Shown: piece after piece, positions 6,656 to 13,889 of the stretch | Layout of the letters: each line of letters begins with the position of its first letter | Position numbering within the stretch: position 1 is the first letter of the stretch | DNA from: a virus | Taxonomy: Duplodnaviria > Caudoviricetes | Length of the DNA stretch: 25,308 bases | Strand: one strand, 5' to 3' | Virus record (IMG/VR): IMGVR_UViG_3300020269_000846 | Coordinates: 1 to 25,308 of that record | The notes under the pieces: model-generated | What the model was told of the DNA's origin: nothing | Seen by the model: the letters and a program-made list of their open reading frames with translations, nothing else | The model's database searches: none | Made by a program: the position numbers and the translations under genes

Positions 6656-6764
6656 GCGAGAACTATGGAATGCAGCATTGCGAGTTCCACCTCCTTTTCG
6701 TAGTAAAAAGACATATTCTCGCAAGGGCAAGGCCCGTTTTAGGGATTTCAACAAAGAGGATTAG
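6594..6764 (+). CDS. 56-aa basic peptide with ArfA-like C-terminal motif (not in ORF track)
   Basis: MPGKKQKKLKDTPLLSQVQLERELWNAALRVPPPFRSKKTYSRKGKARFRDFNKED. Confidence 0.55.
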   Translation: MPGKKQKKLKDTPLLSQVQLERELWNAALRVPPPFRSKKTYSRKGKARFRDFNKED

Positions 6765-6819
6765 ATCCGCAACCTCTTCTTAAAAAAGATTTTTCATATC
6801 GACAAGAGTATATATTTAT

Positions 6820-7095
6820 ATGCAGATAATTGCAGATATGATAACATTTCTTTATAGTACCGCACAATTTTTAGTATTCTTTGGTATCTTCTATGGATTA
6901 ATGAGATATTTTAAACCAGATGTTAAATTATTTGGACAAGTTGTAATTGGTATCAATATATTTGCTGTTTGGCTCTATATAGCAGGTGTATTCAATCAAT
7001 CTATCCCTTTCCCTCTCGCTACCCCTAAGATATTTCTACATGGGTTAGTTGCAATTATTATATATACGGTTTTAAGATTAGAGGATGGTAAGTGA
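6820..7095 (+). CDS. three-TM membrane protein
   Basis: Three hydrophobic segments in 91 aa. The start could alternatively be 6838. Confidence 0.7.
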   Translation: MQIIADMITFLYSTAQFLVFFGIFYGLMRYFKPDVKLFGQVVIGINIFAVWLYIAGVFNQSIPFPLATPKIFLHGLVAIIIYTVLRLEDGK

Positions 7096-7168
7096 GGATT
7101 ACGTAATTTTATCGTTAGCTGGTTGTTGGTTGCTTTTCTGTTTTGTATCTTGGGTACAAAGTAAGTAA
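7085..7168 (+). CDS. 27-aa hydrophobic microprotein (not in ORF track)
   Basis: MVSEDYVILSLAGCWLLFCFVSWVQSK exactly fills the gap between its neighbours. Confidence 0.4.
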   Translation: MVSEDYVILSLAGCWLLFCFVSWVQSK

Positions 7169-7170
7169 TT

Positions 7171-7341
7171 ATGAGGTTATTATTAATATTTGTATTTTTA
7201 TTTAGTATTTTTGGGTGTTATAGTGATGATTTAGCAGAACAACATTGTCACATAGTACTTAAAGAAGTTAAAAACCAAAGCGGAGTCACAATTGATACTT
7301 ATGTATTTTGGTCAGATTGTCCAGAATATCAAACAAATTAA
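7171..7341 (+). CDS. 56-aa lipoprotein (not in ORF track)
   Basis: MRLLLIFVFLFSIFG-CYSDDLAE...: signal peptide II with lipobox Cys16, plus two further Cys that could form a disulfide. Confidence 0.75.
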   Translation: MRLLLIFVFLFSIFGCYSDDLAEQHCHIVLKEVKNQSGVTIDTYVFWSDCPEYQTN

Positions 7342-7345
7342 ATTT

Positions 7346-7516
7346 ATGAAAAAGTATTTATATAATTTAGCTAAAAAATCACCAATACGAAAATGGGCTT
7401 TATCACTAACAGGTTGGAAGTGGTTAGCATGGCAATTAATAGCGGGTGGTGTGTTTTTTATTATATTAGAAATTATATTGAATCAAATAGGAATGACTAT
7501 GATTCCTTGGAAGTAA
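7346..7516 (+). CDS. 56-aa membrane protein
   Basis: ATG 7346 (MKKYLYNLAKKSPIRKWALSLTGWKWLAWQLIAGGVFFIILEIIL...) follows the lipoprotein stop and is preferred over 7292. Confidence 0.7.
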   Translation: MKKYLYNLAKKSPIRKWALSLTGWKWLAWQLIAGGVFFIILEIILNQIGMTMIPWK

Positions 7517-7527
7517 TGCACAGGAGG

Positions 7528-7559
7528 CTTGGAGTCCCAAGATACTGTTCGTATATTTA
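7528..7559 (+). promoter_or_regulatory. putative early promoter, Bacteroidota-type
   Basis: CTTG 7528-7531, 20-nt spacer, TATATTTA 7552-7559. Shares TTCGTATATTTA with the 2875 promoter and is followed by an AAAAGGTTATG leader. Confidence 0.7.
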
Positions 7560-7585
7560 TGGTATAAATAAATAAATAAAAGGTT

Positions 7586-7843
7586 ATGATTAAACATTCA
7601 GAATTAAGAAAATTAAGTATTGAAGAATTAAGAGGATTACAGGCTCAAATTAAGTATGTAATTCAAGATAAATTAATTGAATCTCACGAAGATATCAGAG
7701 TAGGTTCTAAAGTAAGAATCAATCATAGAAAATGTATAGGTAAAGAATATATTGTTGAGAAAATCAATAGAAAAACTTATATATTAAGAAATGAAAATGG
7801 TGGAAAAGTTAAAGCATCATTAGGTTTAATTGAAGCTATTTAA
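7586..7843 (+). CDS. hypothetical protein with SH3/KOW-like C-terminal domain
   Basis: IRVGSKVRI....GKEYIVEKINRKTYIL.....KVKASLGLI pattern; basic protein. Confidence 0.75.
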   Translation: MIKHSELRKLSIEELRGLQAQIKYVIQDKLIESHEDIRVGSKVRINHRKCIGKEYIVEKINRKTYILRNENGGKVKASLGLIEAI

Positions 7844-7845
7844 TT

Positions 7846-8061
7846 ATGAGATATATGAATCAAGATTATGTAGTACAAGAGTTGTTGGGTATGATTAGTA
7901 CCCAACAACAACAAGGTAGAGTTTTTCCCGAACTATCAAATGATAGAATATTAGCGATTGCGGATTCATTTTTATTTGAATGGAATGAATTAGGTGATCC
8001 GGATGCCAATTTTGAGGCAATGTTAGAATGGACTTTAGATCAAAATTTAGCACATGCATAA
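7846..8061 (+). CDS. acidic hypothetical protein
   Basis: 71-aa ORF tightly packed within the operon. Confidence 0.7.
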   Translation: MRYMNQDYVVQELLGMISTQQQQGRVFPELSNDRILAIADSFLFEWNELGDPDANFEAMLEWTLDQNLAHA

Positions 8062-8515
8062 TATGAAAAATTTTAAGACAGATAGATTTGATATACCTTA
8101 TTTAAAACCCAATTTAAAGGTTTTAATAGAAACAGATAAAGGAAAAAGATATATGAAAGTAACTAATATGGTTACTCAGAAAAAAGATGAAATATATTTT
8201 GGGCATCTAAATGATTATCTAAATAGCTCACATATATCAGATGCTAGGGACGTTACAAATGGTGTTAAAAAAGGAGATGGAGAAGGTTTATCATCTAAAT
8301 ATATAGGAAATTATGACCATGAGGATATTCCATTACCTAAGAATATGGATTTAGCAGAACAAATTGTTAAATTCGCTAAAGGTAAAAGAAAAGGATTTAC
8401 TAAGGAATTAGTAGATCAATGGAATAAAGATTTAGAATTTGATTTACATTCAAAACTAAAAACTTATGGTTTTATGGGAGCTAAGAGATTAAACATGATA
8501 TTTAAAATTTCCTAA
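8054..8515 (+). CDS. hypothetical protein
   Basis: 153-aa ORF with genome-typical codon use. Start is 8054 or 8063. Confidence 0.75.
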   Translation: MHNMKNFKTDRFDIPYLKPNLKVLIETDKGKRYMKVTNMVTQKKDEIYFGHLNDYLNSSHISDARDVTNGVKKGDGEGLSSKYIGNYDHEDIPLPKNMDLAEQIVKFAKGKRKGFTKELVDQWNKDLEFDLHSKLKTYGFMGAKRLNMIFKIS

Positions 8516-8516
8516 T

Positions 8517-9098
8517 ATGAAAAATAAAACAAAAACAGGAGAATGGGTATTATATTGGATACTCGTAGCATTGACGTGTTTAGGTTTTGCCACTAGTTGT
8601 ACTCCAGAACCCCTCAACTGGGTTGACCACTCCGAATATTTAAATTATGATAAAGAAAGATTCATACCAAAGGCGTTCATCGTCAAAGAAAAACAATACC
8701 AAGAAGTATATATTGACTCGCTCGAATCAGATACGTACTTCTTACTCTACGCCGAGGCAAATAAAATGCCCGAGCGCTACCGCTATAATGGCGAGTATAA
8801 TATTTGGGCCTCCTTTTCTACTCCTGACGGCTATAATGATGGGACTAACACTAATTTTGTTGATAACATTCCTTATGTTAGTTCTAACCGTGTTAGGTTT
8901 GACCGTCCTAGAGTCTTTAATGGTAAAGTACAAGGCTATGAACCAAAAGAGTTGGATCTCTACACTAAACAAACTGTTGGACCGATTCACAAAACAGCCG
9001 TAAAACGGCGCGATACTATATCAATTTATATGGACGTGACATTTGATGATGAATATTTCGTTAGAGACACTTTATTCGTTGTTTTACGCCCTAAATAG
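8517..9098 (+). CDS. lipoprotein
   Basis: Basic N-terminus, hydrophobic core and lipobox FATS-C (Cys28); beta-rich mature part. Confidence 0.75.
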   Translation: MKNKTKTGEWVLYWILVALTCLGFATSCTPEPLNWVDHSEYLNYDKERFIPKAFIVKEKQYQEVYIDSLESDTYFLLYAEANKMPERYRYNGEYNIWASFSTPDGYNDGTNTNFVDNIPYVSSNRVRFDRPRVFNGKVQGYEPKELDLYTKQTVGPIHKTAVKRRDTISIYMDVTFDDEYFVRDTLFVVLRPK

Positions 9099-9119
9099 TA
9101 TATATGTATTATCGGATAT

Positions 9120-9161
9120 ACTCATTCTAGAGTAACCTTTCAATAAGGAGTCTGGCTGAGT
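9120..9161 (+). other. extended stem-loop in the intergenic region / 5' leader of the 9185 gene
   Basis: Nested helices ACTCA/TGAGT, CTAGA/TCTGG and CCTT/AAGG with internal loops. No U-tract. Confidence 0.45.
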
Positions 9162-9184
9162 CAAATTAAATAGATTTTAAAAAT

Positions 9185-9472
9185 ATGGATGCAAAAAACA
9201 TGCTAGAAGGATTCTTAAATGAATTAGAATTTGTTCATGAGAATTTTAGTAAAACTAAAGAAGGTTTACTTGAAGTTGCCTTATCTCCTTTTGAACCTTT
9301 ATTTATTAAAGATTCAAGAGGCAAGTATATTTCTGCTAATATAGAAGAAAAAGATAAAAAAGAACTTATAAAAACCTTTGATGAAGATCTTTTACCTATG
9401 TTTAAAGAAAATAAATACAAAAAAGGAATTGATCAAGTAAATAAATGGAAAAAAATTCTCGAAGAAAACTAG
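9185..9472 (+). CDS. hypothetical protein
   Basis: 95-aa ORF with an A-rich leader. Confidence 0.75.
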   Translation: MDAKNMLEGFLNELEFVHENFSKTKEGLLEVALSPFEPLFIKDSRGKYISANIEEKDKKELIKTFDEDLLPMFKENKYKKGIDQVNKWKKILEEN

Positions 9473-9535
9473 GAAAAGCCAAAAATTGTTCGTAGCTTCT
9501 AAATACGGAGAGTTTAGAAATTTAATATTTATAAA

Positions 9536-9877
9536 ATGGGGGTTTTAGAGAAAATAGGAAAAAAGGGGGTAGGGGAAATAACGTTATATACAATTTCCGA
9601 TTGTAAATACTGTCAAGCACTCAAAGGTACACTCCAAGAACTCAGAATCCCATTTACTAATATTGATGTTGAACAAAATGAAGCTGTTGGTGATTACCTA
9701 GAATCAAAACTTGGAACGGAATATTATCCAATTATATGCATTAAAAAAGCACCAGAAGAATATACTTACATAATTTCAGAAACAAATTTGGAGAAACTAA
9801 GTCGCATTCGTATATTTAACTCAATTGAGGAAGCTCTTGAGATCCTCTTACAATATTATTATGAAATACAAGTTTAA
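9536..9877 (+). CDS. glutaredoxin/NrdH-like redoxin
   Basis: ITLYTISDCKYCQALK..L....IPFTNIDVE...YYPII: CxxC active site and cis-Pro of the thioredoxin fold. Confidence 0.85.
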   Translation: MGVLEKIGKKGVGEITLYTISDCKYCQALKGTLQELRIPFTNIDVEQNEAVGDYLESKLGTEYYPIICIKKAPEEYTYIISETNLEKLSRIRIFNSIEEALEILLQYYYEIQV

Positions 9878-9880
9878 TCT

Positions 9881-10636
9881 ATGGTTTTAACAGCGGAGCA
9901 AATTAAGGAGAACTATGATGTTCTCATTAAGGGTATAGAAAAATACGTAACGGGTGATAGAAAGCAGAAATTTCTAGACTTTTATAATAGTTTAGATGAT
10001 CGTATTGCTCTACTCCCAGCTTCACATAAAAAAGCGTATCATAATTGTTTTCCCGGTGGTTATGTTGAACACGTAGTTCGTGTTATTACGGCTGCATTCA
10101 AGCTACATGCTGTATGGTCGGAAATGGGAATGGCAGATACTTTTACTGAGGAGGAGTTGTTTGTCTCCGCTTTAAACCATGATTTAGGAAAAATAGGTTC
10201 ACTTGAAGAGGTTTCTGTTTTTCCATCTACAGATGAATGGAGAAAGAAAAATTTAGGGGAAATGTATACTTTTAATACTAAAAATGAGTATATGACAGTT
10301 CCCGATCGTTCATTGTTTTTACTTCAACAAGCAGGAATTCAATTAACTACTAATGAATATATTGCTATAAAAACACACGATGGTTTATATGATGATGCTA
10401 ATAGTCCTTATTTAAAAGGATTTATGCCCGAAACTAAACCACGTACTTCACTCCCTTATGTTTTACACCAGGCTGACCTTATGGCAGCAAGAATAGAGTT
10501 TGAACGAGAATGGAATGGTAAGTTCGGTAAAGAACAACCAAAACAAAAAGTTTCAAAACAAGATCGAGTTAATACTAACTTAGATAAAATAGGTTCTGGA
10601 AAAGATAATTTAATGAATTTAGTAAAGAATCTCTAA
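9881..10636 (+). CDS. HD-domain metal-dependent phosphohydrolase (YhaM-like)
   Basis: PAS....HNCFPGGYVEHVVRV ... ALNHDLGKIG ... AIKTHDG ... LHQADLMA carries the H...HD...D metal ligands. Confidence 0.85.
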   Translation: MVLTAEQIKENYDVLIKGIEKYVTGDRKQKFLDFYNSLDDRIALLPASHKKAYHNCFPGGYVEHVVRVITAAFKLHAVWSEMGMADTFTEEELFVSALNHDLGKIGSLEEVSVFPSTDEWRKKNLGEMYTFNTKNEYMTVPDRSLFLLQQAGIQLTTNEYIAIKTHDGLYDDANSPYLKGFMPETKPRTSLPYVLHQADLMAARIEFEREWNGKFGKEQPKQKVSKQDRVNTNLDKIGSGKDNLMNLVKNL

Positions 10637-10920
10637 TGGATACAATTACCATTATTTTAATCAACGTTGGTGTCCTTGTTTTTGGGGTCATTTTTTATAT
10701 CATTTGGAATTTAATGAGAAAAAATGAAAAACTTGAAGATGAAATCCTTAAAAGGGACAATTATATAGAAAATATTACGACTATAATGTCCGAATCGGAT
10801 CGTAAAATTAAAGAGATCGATTCAAAACAAATTTTCCAATCAGATGATGAGATAGGATGGTTTTTTTCCGGAATTAAAGAGATTCAGGAACTTATAAACG
10901 AGTATAATATAAATAAATGA
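10636..10920 (+). CDS. N-terminal TM and coiled-coil protein
   Basis: TM residues ~4-27, a heptad-rich middle and an FQSDDEIGWFF motif. Coupled to both neighbours. Confidence 0.75.
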   Translation: MDTITIILINVGVLVFGVIFYIIWNLMRKNEKLEDEILKRDNYIENITTIMSESDRKIKEIDSKQIFQSDDEIGWFFSGIKEIQELINEYNINK

Positions 10921-11723
10921 ACCTACCTATTGATGAAAAGCTCCAGGGGAACATTCTAACTCCACCTAAGCGAGACGAGGGTCCAATGTATACTAAAAAA
11001 GGTACATTAAGAAAAAGGAGACCTAAAACTAAAAACCAATATTTTACTGCTGATACTGAGGAGGCTATTCTTGAGTATCTAAAAGAAACTGATGAAAAAA
11101 AACGCAATCAAATATATAACGATCGTATTTGGTATGCATTTCATAAATTAACAGAAAATATTATTCACACTTTTAAATTCTACTATACTGAAGTAGATAC
11201 TATAGGGGAATTACAACATGAAGTAACTGCCTTTCTTTTAGAAAAATTACACTTATATAAACAAGATAAAGGTAAGGCATTTTCTTATTTTGGTACTATT
11301 GCTAAACGTTATTTAATACTTTATAATAATAATAATTATAAAAAATTAAAACAAAGAGCAGAAGTAGACGCTGTTGATAACGATCAATCTATATTAGTAG
11401 ATTTAGTTAATAATCAATCTATAGATAAACCAAAAGATGAAGCTACTGAATTTATAGAATACTTAATTCAATATTTTGATATACATTTATTTGATCATTT
11501 TCCTAAACATGAAGATGCTAGAACAGCTGATGCAATATTATCTTTATTTAGAAGAAGAGAACATATAGAATTATTCAATAAAAAAGCTATATACATTTAC
11601 ATTCGTGAGATGACTGATCAAAGTACTCCACAAATTACTAAAGTACTAAAACGAATGAAAAAAATATATAAAAAACTAATGGCTCAATACATTGAACATG
11701 GGACTGTTAGTATGGCATTCTAA
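10917..11723 (+). CDS. phage RNA polymerase sigma factor (T4 gp55-like late sigma)
   Basis: NQYFT...EEAILEY, FHKLTENII..FKF, ELQHE...FLLEKL..Y...KGKAFSYFGTIAKRYLI resemble sigma region 2 / gp55. Located directly before the structural genes. Confidence 0.7.
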   Translation: MNLPIDEKLQGNILTPPKRDEGPMYTKKGTLRKRRPKTKNQYFTADTEEAILEYLKETDEKKRNQIYNDRIWYAFHKLTENIIHTFKFYYTEVDTIGELQHEVTAFLLEKLHLYKQDKGKAFSYFGTIAKRYLILYNNNNYKKLKQRAEVDAVDNDQSILVDLVNNQSIDKPKDEATEFIEYLIQYFDIHLFDHFPKHEDARTADAILSLFRRREHIELFNKKAIYIYIREMTDQSTPQITKVLKRMKKIYKKLMAQYIEHGTVSMAF

Positions 11724-11738
11724 ACTTTTAGTACATCT

Positions 11739-11747
11739 ATATTTATA
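11739..11747 (+). promoter_or_regulatory. putative late promoter ATATTTATA
   Basis: The same 9-mer occurs in intergenic gaps at 9525-9533 and 17230-17238, and at 6812-6820. Confidence 0.55.
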
Positions 11748-11762
11748 TCCAAAGTATAGACT

Positions 11763-12131
11763 ATGGATTTTTCACAAGTAAAATTATTTGGAAAGAAAAA
11801 CTTTTCTGATCTTTTAAAAGAAATTCACACTAATCAAAAAGATAAAGAAACACAACTACGTTCTTTAATAGAGGGTTTAAAACCATTAATTACATCACCA
11901 GGTGAAGCTACTATGATTGTTCCTTTAATAAAGGAATATATGGAACTAGCAATTAAAAATGATGATGCATTAATTAAAATGGCAGGTATAGTACAACGTG
12001 CTATGAATAGTAAAATAGCAGATGGTGATGAATTACTTTCTGAAGAAGATAAAGAAATGTTATTTAGCTCATTGCAAGAATTAGATAAAAAAACAGAAAA
12101 AACAATTGTAGATAATGTCAGGACCACTTGA
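11763..12131 (+). CDS. conserved helical phage protein (possibly terminase small subunit-like)
   Basis: 122 aa, helical, first gene after a late-type motif. The function is a guess from size and position only. Confidence 0.5.
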   Translation: MDFSQVKLFGKKNFSDLLKEIHTNQKDKETQLRSLIEGLKPLITSPGEATMIVPLIKEYMELAIKNDDALIKMAGIVQRAMNSKIADGDELLSEEDKEMLFSSLQELDKKTEKTIVDNVRTT

Positions 12132-13203
12132 TTTTAGTAAAAGTGTAGGAACTTTAAATAGAACTCCTCCAGACATAACCCCCTCTAAACCAGGTTTAAT
12201 ACCTGTTAGAGTAACTGAAGTAAATATTAAACCAGAAAAACGAACTACTTCGTTATTTCAACAAATGGATGAATATTGGGGATTAGGGGCTATTAAATTT
12301 GAATTTTTAAATCAACCCACACCTAATTCTAAAACTTCAAATGTTACTATGGCCTTACCCATGAATGCTTCCATGAAGATATTGCCATTAGTAAATGATA
12401 TAGTATATGTAACTTTAGGACCTGATAGAAATACTAAAGAACTTGAACAGTATTATTATACTCCTGCTATCCCAGTGTGGAATAGTATAGAAACTAATAC
12501 TTTTCCTTCTCAAGCTTCCGAAGGTAATGATAGTACTAATACTAATACTAATGCTGAAATACAAGCAGGAATGCCTAATACTCCTAGCAATAAAACAAAA
12601 GGACCTGTATTAGGTGATGTTTTTAAAGAGCAAGGTAAAATAAGAAATTTATACCCCCAGGAAGGAGATTTTTTACTTGAAGGTAAATTTGGTAATTCTT
12701 TAAGATTTGGTTCTACTAGTAGATATAGAGGAGATTTTTCTAATTTTAAGGTTAGTCCACAAAACCCATGGAGCAAAAATGGTAGAGTAGGAGATCCCAT
12801 TACTATATTAAGAAATGGGCAAAAAAAAGAAGCTATAGCTGCTGAAGTATATGATCCTACATTTGAAGATATAAATGATGATGATTCATCTATATATTTA
12901 ACTTCTACACAAAACATACCTATAGAAATAGCTTATTCTAAACTTACATCATATGGTGTAGATATAACCCCACCTGAAGATACTACTAAAGAATTCCAAA
13001 AACTAACTGAGGAATTAGGAGATGAATTCACATCTAATAAAGATGCCGATGCAGTAACTGTAGTTACAGATTCAATAAATCAGGAACCTAAAGGTGATGT
13101 AACAAAACCGGCAGCCTTATCTCCCCAAGAAGCAAATAGAAATTTAAGTGTAGATAGATCAGTAGGTGATGTACCTAGAGAAGAATTTGAAGGAGGTTTA
13201 TAA
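12115..13203 (+). CDS. baseplate hub/spike protein, gp5-like N-terminal part
   Basis: OB-fold-like ALPMNASMKILPLVNDIVYV and EGDFLLEGKFGNSLRFGST...GDPITILRNG...DSSIYLTS. Heads the baseplate operon. Confidence 0.6.
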   Translation: MSGPLDFSKSVGTLNRTPPDITPSKPGLIPVRVTEVNIKPEKRTTSLFQQMDEYWGLGAIKFEFLNQPTPNSKTSNVTMALPMNASMKILPLVNDIVYVTLGPDRNTKELEQYYYTPAIPVWNSIETNTFPSQASEGNDSTNTNTNAEIQAGMPNTPSNKTKGPVLGDVFKEQGKIRNLYPQEGDFLLEGKFGNSLRFGSTSRYRGDFSNFKVSPQNPWSKNGRVGDPITILRNGQKKEAIAAEVYDPTFEDINDDDSSIYLTSTQNIPIEIAYSKLTSYGVDITPPEDTTKEFQKLTEELGDEFTSNKDADAVTVVTDSINQEPKGDVTKPAALSPQEANRNLSVDRSVGDVPREEFEGGL

Positions 13204-13889
13204 TGGAATTTATATTAGAAATATATAATATAATAATTGAATTATCCCAATATCTTTTTGATATACCCGAGGGGATAAGTTATGCTCTTTTTGGAATAAA
13301 GAAAAAGAAAAAGAAAGCCAAAAAAGCATTAAGAAAAGCAGAAACACAAATAAGTTCTGCTATGAAGAGTGCTAATTTAGATTCAATACCTAATCCATCT
13401 TCCCCTAATGCCCCTAGAACCGAAACAATAGATGGAAACTCCATATCTGGTCTAGATTTACCATCCGTTCCTTTTAAACCAGAATATCCATACCGTGGAA
13501 AACAAATAATATTAAATTCAGGTAGATTGCATTTAAATGCAAATAGTGATTTTATACTTTTAAATTCTAAAAAATCTATCTCTTTAGGTGCTCCTGGTAG
13601 TATAAATATAGATACTGATGGAGGATTTATTGTAAATGCTGGTAAAATAAAACTGGGTATAGGAGATGCTTCGGAAGAACCCTTAGTAAAAGGTAATGTT
13701 TTAAACCAAATTATTACCCTTCTTAATATAGGATTACAAAATGCGGCCAATGGTTTAAAAAATGCTGAAGATGCAGCAGGTAGAAAAATACTTGGGTGTG
13801 AAATAGCAGCGGAGGACCTGCAAAGTGCAGCAAAACAAATGGATAGTCTTAGGACAAGCTTATTATCCAAACAAAATTTTACTAAATAA
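13203..13889 (+). CDS. baseplate spike protein, gp5-like C-terminal beta-helix part
   Basis: GKQIILNSGRLHLNANSDFILLNSKKSISLGAPGSINIDTDGGFIVNAGKIKLG...EPLVKGN shows the ~8-residue beta-helix periodicity of spikes. Confidence 0.65.
   Translation: MEFILEIYNIIIELSQYLFDIPEGISYALFGIKKKKKKAKKALRKAETQISSAMKSANLDSIPNPSSPNAPRTETIDGNSISGLDLPSVPFKPEYPYRGKQIILNSGRLHLNANSDFILLNSKKSISLGAPGSINIDTDGGFIVNAGKIKLGIGDASEEPLVKGNVLNQIITLLNIGLQNAANGLKNAEDAAGRKILGCEIAAEDLQSAAKQMDSLRTSLLSKQNFTK

Larger units (their letters stand above)
2932..7588 (+). repeat. dispersed leader motif AATAAA(A/AA)GGTTATG, six copies, each ending in a start codon
   Basis: Copies end at the ATGs at 2942, 3228, 3342, 3534, 4607 and 7586. 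I did not see it in front of any late or structural gene. Confidence 0.85.

Noticed and set aside
6640-6656. T-arm-like hairpin CTCAGGTTCAACTTGAG
   Set aside because: It lies within coding sequence, the loop geometry is wrong and there is no surrounding cloverleaf.
7393-7575. 60-aa alternative-frame ORF
   Set aside because: It overlaps the 7346-7516 gene and runs across the promoter at 7528-7559.
13280-13870. 196-aa minus-strand ORF, and the other minus-strand ORFs in the track (3904-4347, 5777-5998, 8742-8990, 9235-9420, 10892-11107, 11834-12127, 12510-12917, 15112-15336, 19116-19304)
   Set aside because: These are antisense shadows of well-supported + strand genes, with S/F/I/L-rich composition typical of reverse-complement frames and no recognisable motifs.
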